In this document: piece after piece, positions 25,001-35,843 of the stretch
Position numbering within the stretch: the stretch's first letter is position 1
Layout of the letters: every line of letters starts with the position of its first letter
NCBI GenBank assembly: GCA_000934665.2
Contig: KZ538754.1
Location: forward strand, 1 to 49,672
DNA: 49,672 nucleotides
Direction of reading: 5' to 3'
Source of the DNA: Catajapyx aquilonaris
Lineage: Eukaryota
Notes under the pieces: model-generated
Seen by the model: only the letters and a program-made list of their open reading frames with translations
Database searches by the model: none
Told to the model about the DNA's origin: nothing
Program-made: the position numbers and the translations under genes

Positions 25001-28000
25001 TCTCTACAAATAACCATCCTCATAGAGGAGCAGCGGCCTTGAAGGCAGTCAATGTCGAAAACTAAAGTGAACTTCGTACCTGTGGATGCCATGATTTGCG
25101 CCTCACTGTCTGGTCACAGTTGTCTGGATGATGAATGGAAGTCGCTGATAACCGCCCTCACTTCATCTTTCGTCCATGTCCTTGGGCTCAAGAGCTTATG
25201 GAGTGGACACATTTCAGCGCGAAAATCGCTTTCTTCTGCTTACCCCTGCACATGTACAGAGTGCATGAGGACGACCAAATTTGGCTCATCCATGCAGAAT
25301 AATGGACTCGAACTGCTGGCGGTAAAATTGTCCCCATATGTACAATGCTTTCGGAACTAATCACGAAGGAAAACTTATCTTCCGAATGACCCTCATAACT
25401 GAGGTTGTTGTTACACCACCTTGAGCCCTGGAGATATTGCAGAAGGCAATAAATTGTAGATGAGTACTGGGATAGTGATATTGGGTTATCGAAAGTGATG
25501 GAAAAGCTTGCACTGTGAAAGACATGACATAAGAAAAAGTCTGTACATTGCTCACTACATTATATTTTCAGGGGAGGGGGGGGGGGGGGGGGGGGNGAGG
25601 CGGGAATGCAGCTGCATGACATATTTCCTCTCCTCCGGACAGGCTCAGGTGTGTCTTTAAGATGGGTGGGCGGCAGCTGGGGACAGGGAGGGGGAAGAGA
25701 AGAGAGGTGATGTCTGGTCAGGCAAAAAGGCCACATGTAAGACTCTGCGTCTGTGTGTGTGTTGGACCCCTGATGTGCTTATTGGGGTTTTACCCCAGTT
25801 ATATGTAATAATGAAAATTTTGATTGCAGTGTGAGGCAAGCAGATGTATCCACTGGAGTTGAGATTAAGGTTACGATTGGCAGAACAGCCCTCAATGTTA
25901 AAATCCAATATCATCTGCAGAGATCAAGCTGTGCACACACACACACCAGCCCTCTCATTTGATTTTTTTACATGTGGGTCAAGGTGCAACAAAGTCAGTT
26001 GTAATGTAGGGCGACACGGTGGTGGAGTGGTTAGCGCCGCAGCCTTCCACCCCTAAGGTCCCGAGTTCGATCCCCGGGTCGGAGGGAGGATACTTATGTG
26101 GATAGAGTATCGATGGGTTCTCTCCGTGTTCGCGCGGGTTTTCCCGTTTCCTCCCACAATCAAAATCCATCACAGTGCAGGCAATAATTGAAGGGGTTAG
26201 AACCATAGTGGGCCATGTCCACTGGGAAGAGTTTTGAGAAATTGTGGTCTAAAGTTCCCACTATAAATCACTGGGGCAGGTTTACTTCAAAATACATACA
26301 TCATTGCATTCGTCATAGTTATGTGCCTCTGATTCTATTTTGATCAAGTTGGAGAACCTTGTGTGGCATCCACAAAATAACCTGAATTCATGAGATCAGA
26401 AAAACAGTATTTGGACATGGACCACTTTGGTTCTCAACAGGAAGAAATGACAACCTAGAATGGAAAATAACATATCAATATGAGCAGTAAATTGAGAATT
26501 GCTTGAATAAGGCCTTTGGTACAGCTTAAATCAATTGGGGAAGGTCTTACCTGTGCCTGCCTTGTTTCAGTACTTTCATTCCGCCACGGAGGTCTTACTT
26601 CTCTTTTTTTCACTGAAGGGAATGTTTTTTCTCTTATCAATATTATGAATGATTGTCATATTTTTGGATAATCCATCTGTATACTTGTTCCTAGCATGGT
26701 TTAATAATGAAACAAGATTTTCATAGGTGGCACCACAGGAAAATATTTTAATAATCACAATATTAATCATCATGAACCAAGCTGTTATAAAAGTCATGGC
26801 AGTTTGGTGGTACATATTTCAGTAACATCTGCAAATCACGGTATTTTGCACCTGAAATGGGACGAACTGACACGTTTTCGAGCTGCCCTGTCACCGTCTG
26901 CGTCCATGTTGGAATGCATGCCCATGTGACCATAATGGGGCTATCCTATTGGCTCATGAGGACATGGCCCAATGAATTCCCCTACAGGGAAAGTAGTGAT
27001 ATTTTCACAGTCTGAATATCTCACGACAGAGGCAGGATGGCCTCAACATGACATGTAGGGACAGAGAAGGGCCTCTTCTGCTAATAGATGGTGGAATCTG
27101 AATTTAACCCAAATATGGACATGGCCCACTATGGTTCTAACCCCTTCAATTACGGTTATTCAAAAGATGATCCCCTAATAGGCCCAAGGAGGTCTCTCAC
27201 GGGATATCCATTATTATTATTATTAAGTCAGTTGCAATGTACATTCCATTCACCTACACAGTGTAGATGCTGGTTAACATGTGTCTGTGCAATTGCATTT
27301 TTTCTAAGTGTCAATGGTAGCATAAGTTAGGAAAAGAAGTGCTTCCGTATAAATGTGAAGAGGCTCGAGGCTCCAATAATAATTTTCTGTTTTGCAGGAT
27401 GCCAGCAATGAACAGACACACATCTCCTCCTACACCACCGAGTCCTAACAGTGGGAAGGTATGTGAACATGATTCACAGAAAGTTCGCTTCTTTTTATAT
27501 GTAAGCGGAGTCTGTAATGATTTTTTTTTGGCATTAGCCTGATAGGAATGGACGACCTACTTGTGATACAACTTGGAAATTGCCCAAAAAGGGTAACAGG
27601 CAGTATCGCAAGCGAAGACTGAGTGATAGCTCTGACTCTAATAGTGGAGGCAGTTACTCGAAGGTAGGTGTGCTTGACTGGTTGCTCTTGCTATAAGGAG
27701 AATAAAAAATATTCCTTAAATAGAATCAGAAGAATGGAAATGGCTTCCCAGAAACACCTTCCACTAAGGAAAAGATTCCTCCAGCACGTATTGTTTGGGA
27801 TGGTAGTGCGCACAGCGATGCATCCCAAGAGCTGCACCACCTTAAGATGCATGACTTCCTCCCAAATGGTAGGTGACTTCATGAGTGGTAACTGAATTTG
27901 ATAGAGCTGTTGGTTAATCCAATCTCATTGATCAGTGACATCCTGGCATGGTCGTACTCCACATCTCAACCAGATGCTTTCTGCCAATCTAAGCTACAGG

Positions 28001-31000
28001 GACACCGAGGAGGATGAAGCAATGGATAGAGAGGTGTGGAAGGAAGCATGCTTTAAATTATTATTATTGTTTGTTCTTGTGGCTGCACAAGTAAACTGTA
28101 AAAAAAAAAAACAACACATTTGCTTTGCTCACATTTCTCGAGGGTGCAGCTGCAATATGATTTTTTTTTTAAATACCCCGTGATGTCCCTTACGGGATCT
28201 ATAGGGGGGTGGCACACCACCATCAGTTTTCTATATATTTTTCAACTTCATTCTCCGGTGCAAGGAAACAGGGACATTGGGAAAGGATAGGGATTTGTGG
28301 GGAGGGAACATGGGTGCAAGTGCAATGTCGGTAAAGGGGTCATGTGCTGTCCCCCAGGAGGTTAGGTTGCCAGACACCTCCTTGGTGCAGGTCAGAGACC
28401 CTCCTGACGCAGGTGAAAGGAAAGTTCCCCAGGCGGGGATCGAACCTGGGGCCTTTTACTCAGCAAGCCGAGACGTTACCATCTCGGCCATCTACACCTC
28501 CCCGTAGCTGCAATATGATTAGGTGGAGGGGATGGGTGGGTTGACCTGGGGGAAGGGTTGANGGGGGGGCTGGGAGGATGGGAGGATGTAATGAAGGTGC
28601 TATGTTCAGAGTAGGTGCCGTGCATGTGTCTTGGCTCCTCCCTTTGCACTGTCGCGTAACGGGGGCCAAGAAGATGCGTTGCACAAACACCATGAGAAGG
28701 ATTTTAATGTGACAGGAAGTCCTCGGGCTATGAACCGGGTTACATTTCTGAAAATGTCCGTAAGTTGGATACGTACGTAACTCGAATACCTGAGGAACAG
28801 CGTATATATGCAGCGTGAAGATGCTGTTTCAATGAACTGCTTACGTCATGTGTGTTTGTTTACAGGCGCAGAAGAACATACGTAGTTTCCCAATTATTTA
28901 TTAATTGTACAGTATTTATGACAGACTTCATGTCGGTCAACATATTATGCAGAAGTTATTTAAAGTGGAGGAATAATTATAAAATAATCCTTCTGGCCTG
29001 ACAGCAAGCAAATGAATAGTTCCTCTTCTCACCCACCAGAAGCATTGCCTCTTCCCATTGCGCAGTCGCAGAAGGGGTCCAGTTGGGAGTGTCGCACAAA
29101 CACCATAATTCTCTGATGTGCATAATAATAATAATAATAATAATATTCTCTGAAAAAGTGCATAAGTCAAAAAAATAGTTATTTTCCTTGCTCTCTTCTC
29201 TCTCTCTCTCTCTCTCTTTCCCCCCCCCCCCCCCCCAACCANNNNNNNNNNNNNNNNNNNNNNNNNNNNNNNNNNNNNNCCCCAAAGTTTCGGAATAATT
29301 TTTTACAGCCGCTCAAAGTTTAAAACAATGTGTAAGGGAATATTGCTTGCTTGTTACCGGCTTATACGTTGGCCTACAGTGGTCGTTCTGGTGTCATTTC
29401 AAGGTTTTCGGGGTCGAGGAACTCAATTCTGACACTTCCAAAGCCTTCAGAGGTGAGAGGTCATTGTCCAGAGTAGGTACGGGTTCCGATCAGAGCTTGT
29501 GATCCTCCACCGCCATCCACCTCTTCTGCGATGTTACTGGTGGTTTTTGTATGTTAATTACTGGTTACTGTACATATTTGGTATCTCTGGCACTAAATAT
29601 TAATGTTTGGTAAACGTACAGCATTTATAAAAATTATGATAAAATGGGGTAATTCCAACACCTCATATTAATTTGCAAGGTACATTACAAGGGTAGTTCT
29701 TCACGTTTCAATTTTATATGTATTTTGTGTTAAAAAGAAAATAGCATAGAAAATTTTAAATGTATTTTTCCAGCAAGTGTTGGAATTACGTGGCAATTCC
29801 AACAGCATGCAATATTATAGGGGTTGGTCAGTTAGGATTGCATTTATTCCAGATGGGGTAAATGCAATACTTGAATTTTGTATTTTGCAATCATCATATT
29901 TTTATCTTTAAAAGAAGTAATTTTGTGGTACTTTTTAGTTAAATTTAGTGACATCCAATCATATCTGACCATGGTTATGGAAGACTCAGGTTAGGTCACT
30001 CCCCCCACCCCCCCTGCCGGGGCGTTTTTCAGCGAGTTCTCACCTGAGACCGCCATGAGACATTTCGGAGCCACGATAAGTGGCGACCCTACCGGACTAA
30101 GGCTGAACTTTATAGGTACGACAGGGGCGGCTACATTGGGGGGCCCAACATGGCCGCCGGCGGCCATGTTGGGTCATCATGTAGCCGCCCCTTTCGTACC
30201 TATAAAGTTCAGCCTTAGTCCGGTAGGGTCGCCACTTATCGTGGCTCCGAAATGTCATGGCGGTCTCAGGTGAGAACTCGCTGCAAAATGACTCGGCAGG
30301 TGATAACGCCAGAACGTAGTATAAGTGTCCGTGGGCTGTATCTGACCATTAATTTTTTTAACCCTAATAAGACGGGCGTATCAAATGCTGATATGGTGGC
30401 TTTAAAAAATTCTGCTGTGAATAGCATGATAGAACAAGGGCCAAACTCCAAGGTGGAAAAAAGGGGAAAAAAATCTCCATTATTTTGTAAACTACAGGGT
30501 CATCGAAAAAGAATGTCCCAATTTGAAAACCCTATAACTCGAAAACTTGTAGACATATCTTAATGATTTAAGTTATGAAATGCTAAGAAAGGTCTAAAGT
30601 GTTGGTCTCACCTTAGTTTGTTTCGATATGAGCTTCATGTGTCGCAGGGCAGATCAAGAAGGCGATAATCAGTGTTGTGCCAAACACTATCAATCATATC
30701 TGGGGTTGCCATTGCAATCCCATCCCGTAGGTGCTGGATATCTTGGGTCTTTACACCACACGTTGTTCGTGATGATTCACATGCAAAGTTGCCTCATCCA
30801 TGAAACAAACCTGCCGTAGGAAAGTTTCATTTGTTCAGTCTCCCAGTGGGCGAAGTCTTTAATGAGAAGTTTCGCCATGCCTAGCCCCTCCAGAAGCCCA
30901 GATCTTACCCTGATGGACTTTTTTGTGGAGACCATGTATGGTGAAAAGATCCGCCATCACCAGCACCTGCGGGATAAGATTGTAACTGTTATGCCAGACA

Positions 31001-34000
31001 TGCCTGAGCGAGTTTGGCATGACACCCATTGCTGTATTTAAAGTTTTTGAGCTCATATCGAAACAAATTATGGTAAGGCCAAAACTTCTGGCACTTCTGA
31101 GCATTCAATCTGCAGTGAAATGAAGGACATTCGGTAAGGATAGGGATTTTTGGGGAGGGAACGTAGGTGCAGGTGCAATGTCGGATAATAGGTTGTGTGC
31201 TGTTCCCCAGGAGGTTAAGTTGCCAGACACCTCCAAGGTGTGGGTCAGAGACCTTCCTGATGCCGGCGCAAGGGAGCTCCTAGGTGGGGATTGAACCTGA
31301 GACCTTTCACTCAGCAAGCCAAGACGTTACCATCTCGCCCACCGCACCTCCCCTATTTTATTTAAATTAATATTATATTGAATCAGAGAAGACTACACAC
31401 ACAACTCCTGATCTGTCATTAGGTAATTTCATTCTCAATGAAGAAATGACGTGATAAATAAAGTGACGTTTAGAGCAATTTTTAAAAATCTCCTAAACAC
31501 CCTTATAACGAGGTATTACCTATATTAACCCTTGGATGCGAAAGGTCCCGGGTTCAAATCCCCACCTGGGAACAAACCTTTCGCTTGCGTCAATGGGTCG
31601 TGACGGGCAACCTGACCTCCTGGGGGACTGCACCTGGCCCACCGCTGGACAATGCACCTGCACTTGTGTCCCCTCCCCAAATCCCCACCCTTACCCAATT
31701 TTTTAGTATTCCTTGCACCGGTGTCTGAAGAAAAATAATAATTAGAAAACTGTATGGTGGTCTGCCACCCCCCTAAAGTGGCCTAGGGTTGCATCAGGGG
31801 GTAAATAAAATAAATAAAAAAAGACAAAAATTTGAGGACATCTTCTTTTGATTCCTTCCGTGATTGGTGGCGATTGGTTTAAATTTTCTGAGCAAATAGC
31901 ACGACCAGGAAAAATAAATTATGCACCGATGCGTATAGTTGGAGCCAAGAGGGCCAAGACTGCATTCCAAGAATGACTCACAGCTGGCTTACTGAGGGGG
32001 ACCTGAGCTTAATGGTAGTGATTCATGAACACGTGGAAAACCCAAGTTATTGTAAAACGAGCTGCCATACCCGGTGTTGCTCGGGAAGAAATGAATGTAA
32101 AGAAAGCTGAAAAGGACAGGCAAAAAAAAATACATGCAATTAAGCATCTTAATAAAAGGAAGGCCTGGTCGGAAGGACGGGAGAGGTTGGAGGTGTAGGA
32201 GGTGGACCACAGATGGCAGGCAAATGACTGTTGGCGTTCCAGGCGGACAGACAGACAGATCACAAACGGCTTTATTTAGATAGATAGATAGATAGATAGA
32301 TGGATGGATGTAGCCAGCCTTCCCGCAACTTCAAAAATGAGGGGAACAACTCCCTAAAGGCTCGAACTGATAGTGGGCTCTCAAAAGGAAACCGCTCCGG
32401 CATCGGTGCTGCGGGCACAATTTTGCCTCAACTGCACATCGGTGCAATTAATTTTTTAATGATTGTACTGTTTGCTCAAAAAATGCAAACTAAATGCCAT
32501 TTATCGCAGAAGGAATCCAGCCATATATTGTTTCAAAGAAAGGGCGACACGGTGGCCGAGTGGTTAGCGCCACAGCCTTCCACCTCTAAGGTCCCGAGTT
32601 CGATCCCCGGGTCGGAGGGAGGATACTTATGTGGATAGAGTTTCGATGGGTTCTCTCCGTGTTCGCGTGGGTTTTCTCGGGGTTCTCCCGTTTCCTCCCA
32701 CTAACAAAATCCATCACATTACAGGCAAATGATTAAAGTCGGTTATTCAAAAGATGATCCCCTAAGAGGCCCAAGGGGCCTATCACGGGGTATCCATTAT
32801 TATTATTGTTTCAAAGATAAAGCGCCAATGTGCTATATACCCCATGTCATAACTGAAAATGTGACGTGGTCACAAAAAGTGCCCACGTCACCAAAGGAAG
32901 AACTTTTCGTACGTCACCGTTGTAGGGTTAATAATTGGCAGACCCAACATCTGTATCACTCGTTCAAATCAATGACAGCAATGATTTTCACTCATTCAGC
33001 AGCAGCTCTGTTTTATCTGTACTTTTGCCCATTTGAACTAGTGCTGTGGGGTGCCAGATGAAGCAAAGAATAATCTCCGCCAGGGGCTGACACTTGTGGG
33101 TAACCATTAAATTCCAGCAGTGTACCACCATATTGTTGTCCTTACGTGTACAAAAAAATCGCCATTCCTTGTGGTTGTGTCCAAAGGATTCATGTACTGC
33201 CTCTGGAGTCATCCCTAGTGTCCAGTTTGGCTTTCCCTTACTTACCCTACTCCAGCAGCATCCAGTCTGATGGAGGATGTTTCCTCACATTTTGACGGTG
33301 ACCCTGCCTTCCTTCTAACACAAGATAACGCATAACCCTATTTTGTTTTGTTCCAATCCCCCAATGCCACTTACTCTCTGATGTTGTTATGTGCTGTGTT
33401 CAGCAGTACCGGCCAGCTCATGGAGTGCACATCATTCACAAACACAAGTACAGGGTGATTCTTGCAGAACCGAACCCTAAAATGGTGTTATAACTTGTAA
33501 ACTTATGGACGAAAAGCAACGAAATTTTCATTACACGTACTTCCAATGATGTTTCGCAAATGACATTACTACTGCAAGTGCTGGAAGTGGCTGCCATGTT
33601 ATGTGAAGCACATGTCAACACGGCAGTGCATGTTGTTGTCTAGACTTCTAGAGCACGTCTCAATGTTGCAGCATCAATGTTGTGGATTTCATTAGTAATG
33701 TATTACTGTAAGGCACTTGGGAATCGTATGTGACTTGGTCCTGTACATCCTTTCCTTCAGATACCCCCTCACAAAGAAGTTTGGGCTCATGATAAGATTT
33801 TTGGAAGTGGCATATGGTCCTCAAAAAAACTTAGTTGTTGTCATTGACTCACATTACATGTGACATGTCGCGTCATCTTGCTGGAAGTAACCCTTTGTCA
33901 ATTCCGCATCATCAAGCTGTATCGGAAGGAAATGGGACCAATGATCCTCACTCCAGATGTGGAACACCAAACTCCCAATTTCTTCCGGTGAAGTGGTGAT

Positions 34001-34788
34001 TCATGTGACCCATGAGGATTGTTGGTGTCCCAAATTCTAGGGTTTTGAGTTTCCAGTACTTGCTGTAATGTCATTTTCTCAGCAACGTTGGAAGTACATG
34101 TTACAAAAATTCGATTGATTTTCATCCATTTCTTTATGAGATATACGGAAATTTAAGGTTCGGTTCTGTAAGAATCACCCTGTAGTATCCAAAATGACGA
34201 TTTATTGCCAAGCAGTACAGGTAGAAGAAACAGTTTCATGTCTCTCCACTGAAAACCTTGCTGAGAACTTACCCAGCAGCTCCTTAAGGCGGCATGTATA
34301 CAACTGATCTAATGCTGAACACTGCATCAGACATCATCTGAACACATTCCAGCAAGAGCTTAATGTTGTTTTACATTGCTGTGATCAAAATTCCAAAGGA
34401 TGTATCCTGTCTTTTATCTCCCTCTGATTTGCAACTGTAAATGAAAGTGTATATGCAGGTTGTTATGCTTTTAGCATGAAGTGTGCCTGTAGGTGGAGCA
34501 TGGCATTACAGTTTCTCTTTTTGACAGGATCGCAAAACGCATCACCGGAGGCGACGCCCCTACTACAATGGAAATCCATTCCAAGAGGAGCAGGACAGAC
34601 GCAACAGTTATCCGTCCAGCCACCATAGGCGAGAGAGTGAAGACAACAGGCACTTCTCTGAGTACTCCCGGCACAGCCATCACCACCATGGCAGCCACCA
34701 CCGTCCCAGCTCGCACCATCGCAGTTACAGCTCAGATGGTCACGGGCGCCGACACCATCACAGCTCTCGGTCTCATCATCGCTGGTGA
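15836..34788 (+). CDS. USP36: USP36/scrawny-like ubiquitin C-terminal hydrolase (peptidase C19); 13 coding exons, about 811 aa from ATG 15836; upstream exon(s) possible
   Basis: Motifs: Cys box GLANLANTCYMNSALQALFHVP, QQEDAHEYLRFLL, Zn-finger CIAC...CSNC, His box GGHYVA...FNDS, PYVLLY, and USP36-type C-terminal motifs WDGS/VTSWHG/DEAMDR/NPFQEEQDRRN. All introns are GT-AG with matching phases. The exons sum to 2436 nt (812 codons). Confidence 0.9.
16104..16160. repeat. Short tandem repeat, 3 units of about 21 bp (core TAATTCTACAGATTAA)
   Basis: Seen directly in the first USP36 intron. Confidence 0.8.
17150..17684. mobile_element. Tc1/mariner-type foldback MITE (intronic)
   Basis: TA|CAGGGTGTTTATTGTAACTCTGC ... 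GCAGAGTTACAATAAACACCCTG|TA; arms self-complementary over about 170 bp. Confidence 0.9.
18765..18881 (+). CDS. USP36: USP36-like exon
   Basis: tttaaag acceptor, gtaagt donor; LGGQCVLCAV...RPLGLRDKLH; phase 1/1. Confidence 0.85.
18939..19044 (+). CDS. USP36: USP36-like exon (QQEDAHE box)
   Basis: tctttcag acceptor, gtaagc donor; ICSHFGRNQQEDAHEYLRFLL. Confidence 0.92.
19123..19190 (+). CDS. USP36: USP36-like exon
   Basis: ctttttag acceptor, gtaatg donor; DNSKLMETTGMNMLFTGLMCSQ aligns to the ETT..NQIFGG motif; phase 2/1. Confidence 0.85.
19249..19676 (+). CDS. USP36: USP36-like exon (Zn finger and His box)
   Basis: ttttgcag acceptor, gtacgt donor; TCIACDHVSSTYEKFQDLSLD...YSCSNCKK...HSGSGINGGHYVAW...FNDSV. 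Confidence 0.93.
20961..21286. mobile_element. hAT MITE (spans an assembly gap)
   Basis: 8-bp TSD GGTTGGGG; TIR CAGCGCTGGATTT / AAATCCGGCGCTG. Confidence 0.85.
22484..22592 (+). CDS. USP36: USP36-like exon (end of the USP domain)
   Basis: tgtacag acceptor, gtaagt donor; VLQQRRLDKSDSPYVLLYQ (AYxLFY-equivalent); not in the ORF track. Confidence 0.85.
22645..22981 (+). CDS. USP36: USP36-like exon (low-complexity region)
   Basis: gctctag acceptor, gtaagt donor; open frame MDKLAHLQVP...PPTES; phase 1/2. Confidence 0.8.
23074..23448 (+). CDS. USP36: USP36-like exon (NG-rich disordered region)
   Basis: attgcag acceptor, gtaagt donor; PRVVFGIRS...WDTK; phase 2/2. Confidence 0.8.
23701..24024 (-). 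mobile_element. SINE family E (tail T2, (CA)n end)
   Basis: Head GGGAGGCATGGTGGTCTAGTGG...GGTTCAAATCC; TSD gaatatagc. Confidence 0.8.
24118..24256. mobile_element. PIF/Harbinger MITE (139 bp)
   Basis: TAA|GGGCCGTTTTCTCGAACAGTGGTTCA ... TGAACCACTGTTCGAGAAAACGGCCC|TAA. Confidence 0.9.
25030..25397 (-). mobile_element. Mariner 5' fragment
   Basis: Minus strand begins TATGAGGGTCATTCGGAAGATAAG; encodes TWTKDEVRAVI, like mariner N-termini. Confidence 0.5.
26009..27224 (+). mobile_element. SINE family C (V-domain-like core; tail T2), split by the 26190-27147 element
   Basis: Matches the 32540 copy on both sides of the insertion; 17-bp TSD aagtcagttg(t/c)aatgta. Confidence 0.88.
26190..27147. mobile_element. 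Sola-like non-autonomous DNA transposon
   Basis: AATT|GAAGGGGTTAGAACCATAGTGGGCCATGTCCA ... TGGACATGGCCCACTATGGTTCTAACCCCTTC|AATT; superfamily inferred from the 4-bp AWWT TSD. Confidence 0.8.
27398..27458 (+). CDS. USP36: USP36-like exon
   Basis: tttgcag acceptor, gtatgt donor; MPAMNRHTSPPTPPSPNSGK; phase 2/0. Confidence 0.75.
27538..27663 (+). CDS. USP36: USP36-like exon
   Basis: gcattag acceptor, gtaggt donor; PDRNGRP...YRKRRLSDSSDSNSGGSYSK; phase 0/0. Confidence 0.75.
27724..27868 (+). CDS. USP36: USP36-like exon
   Basis: ttaaatag acceptor, gtaggt donor; ...IVWDGSAHSDASQELHHLKMH resembles the USP36 WDG...ELL motif. Confidence 0.75.
27936..28033 (+). CDS. USP36: USP36-like exon
   Basis: tgatcag acceptor; VTSWHGRTPHLNQ...DTEEDEAMDRE; weak donor gtgtgg. 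Confidence 0.72.
28163..28505 (-). mobile_element. SINE family B (tail T2)
   Basis: 15-bp TSD agctgcaatatgatt; near-identical to the 41210 and 44121 bodies. Confidence 0.9.
30030..30283. repeat. Near-perfect spacer-less palindrome of about 254 bp (foldback MITE)
   Basis: CAGCGAGTTCTCACCTGAGACC ... GGTCTCAGGTGAGAACTCGCTG; centre AACATGGCCGCC|GGCGGCCATGTT. Confidence 0.9.
30495..31107 (+). mobile_element. Truncated Tc1-like element with transposase remnant
   Basis: TA|CAGGGTCATCG start; PSRSPDLTLMDFLW (WPPRSPDL motif) at about 30885; subterminal inverted repeat 30580-30637 vs 31045-31105. Confidence 0.65.
31108..31353 (-). mobile_element. SINE family B, 3'-truncated
   Basis: Homology to 39615 and 28163. 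Confidence 0.8.
31535..31822 (+). mobile_element. SINE family B-related, 5'-truncated (tail T2)
   Basis: B box GGTTCAAATCCC, body similar to family B, A-rich tail. Confidence 0.7.
32056..32300 (+). mobile_element. Helitron/Helentron-like (HINE/Lep1-type) non-autonomous element
   Basis: 5' ACGAGCTGCCATACCCGGTGTTGCTCGGG hairpin; 3' (CAGA)n ... GCTTTATTTAGATAGAT. Confidence 0.45.
32540..32803 (+). mobile_element. SINE family C (V-domain-like; tail T2), intact
   Basis: A/B boxes; TSD tattgtttcaaaga; (ATT)n tail. Confidence 0.9.
33451..34182 (-). mobile_element. Internally deleted Tc1-like transposon
   Basis: TA|CAGGGTGATTCTTGCAGAACCGAACC ... GGTTCGGTTCTGTAAGAATCACCCTG|TA; remnants WDTNNPH..HESPLHRKKLGVWC..IIGP, YFQQDDATCH. 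Confidence 0.88.
34528..34788 (+). CDS. USP36: USP36-like terminal exon (His/Arg/Ser-rich)
   Basis: ttgacag acceptor; DRKTHHRRRRPYYNGNPFQEEQDRRN...HHRW* (TGA 34786-34788); different frame from ORF-track 34493. Confidence 0.85.
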   Translation, partial: DRKTHHRRRRPYYNGNPFQEEQDRRNSYPSSHHRRESEDNRHFSEYSRHSHHHHGSHHRPSSHHRSYSSDGHGRRHHHSSRSHHRW

Positions 34789-34989
34789 CGCTATAATTAA
34801 CCACTGCCAACTTGACATGTGTGTCTACCAAGTTCCACATTCCAATAATTGCAACTTGGCCTAGGCAGCCCTTGTGTTAAATGGCAGATGGCCTGAAGTG
34901 TAATGCTTGTATGTGCCTAGTGTGTTTAGTACTTGTAGAAAGGAACCTTCAATGTCTAAGATGGTTCAGTTGGGGAATGTCGGAAGGTA

Positions 34990-35272
34990 TAGTGCTGGAC
35001 AGGAATCCTGTCTCACTGCTAGCGACATTCGGCACGGTGGCAGAAGAGCACGCCAAAGTGATGAAGTGTGAGCCTTGCGAGTGAGAAGTGATAGACCCTG
35101 CTGGTGACGTCACCGGCTGTGGGCATTCAAAACGTGTGGACGGAGCGGGTGACATCACCAGCAGGGTCAATCACGTCTTACTCACAAGGCTCACGCTTCA
35201 TCACTTTGATGCCGTCTTCTGCCAGCATGGCAAATATCGCTAGCAGTGAGATGGGATTAATGTCCAGCACTG
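34990..35272. mobile_element. Tc1-type foldback MITE just downstream of the USP36 stop
   Basis: TA|TAGTGCTGGACA ... TGTCCAGCACTG|TA; arms complementary over about 125 bp. Confidence 0.85.
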
Positions 35273-35601
35273 TACATGTTACAATCAATAATGCCTTGCA
35301 CAGTATTTCTTATGCTTTTTTTTTTTTGTTTTTTTTTTGTTTTTTTTGACAAAAGAATGTTTTTATTTGAGTGACGTGAATAGTCCTGGTCATTATCTGT
35401 CAAGAAGAATCAGTTTTGAAAAAATGAGAATGACCTCAGGCAACATGCCCCAAATGGTTGGTTTCAGTGATGATGAAGAATTCTTTCTGATTTTGGGCAA
35501 CTGTTCAAGATCATCTCATTGTCTTCAAGGACAGTGCATTGTGGTATGGGTGACAAGTAAACACAACTCCTGTTCAAGTTTCAGCAGTTTGGGTACCAAT
35601 T

Positions 35602-35843
35602 GAAGACATCACTTGCCAAAGGGCCCAAGTCCATGAGGTGCAAGTTTTCAGGAGATACAAAAAACTGCATGTATGTGGAGTTTTGCAGTTTATGATTAAA
35701 TTTTAAGGCAGTTCTTGTTGACTTACAACCAAAGTAATTCACCATCTTCACCAGGGCTGTGAGGCCTGACTCCAAGATTGTGAATTCGCAATAAAAAGGT
35801 TTTTCGAAATTTGGGACCTGGACCTTTGGCAAGTGACGGCTTC
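35602..35843. mobile_element. Sola-like MITE
   Basis: AATT|GAAGACATCACTTGCCAAAGG ... CCTTTGGCAAGTGACGGCTTC|AATT. Confidence 0.75.

Noticed and set aside
26009..26085. tRNA-like sequences here and at 8000, 13146, 32542, 39615, 41210 and 46046
   Set aside because: A/B boxes are present, but each runs into a SINE body and tail flanked by TSDs. They are not tRNA genes.
34493..34864. Thr/Ala-rich mucin-like ORF
   Set aside because: It is an alternative frame of the USP36 terminal exon; the spliced frame carries the NPFQ motif.
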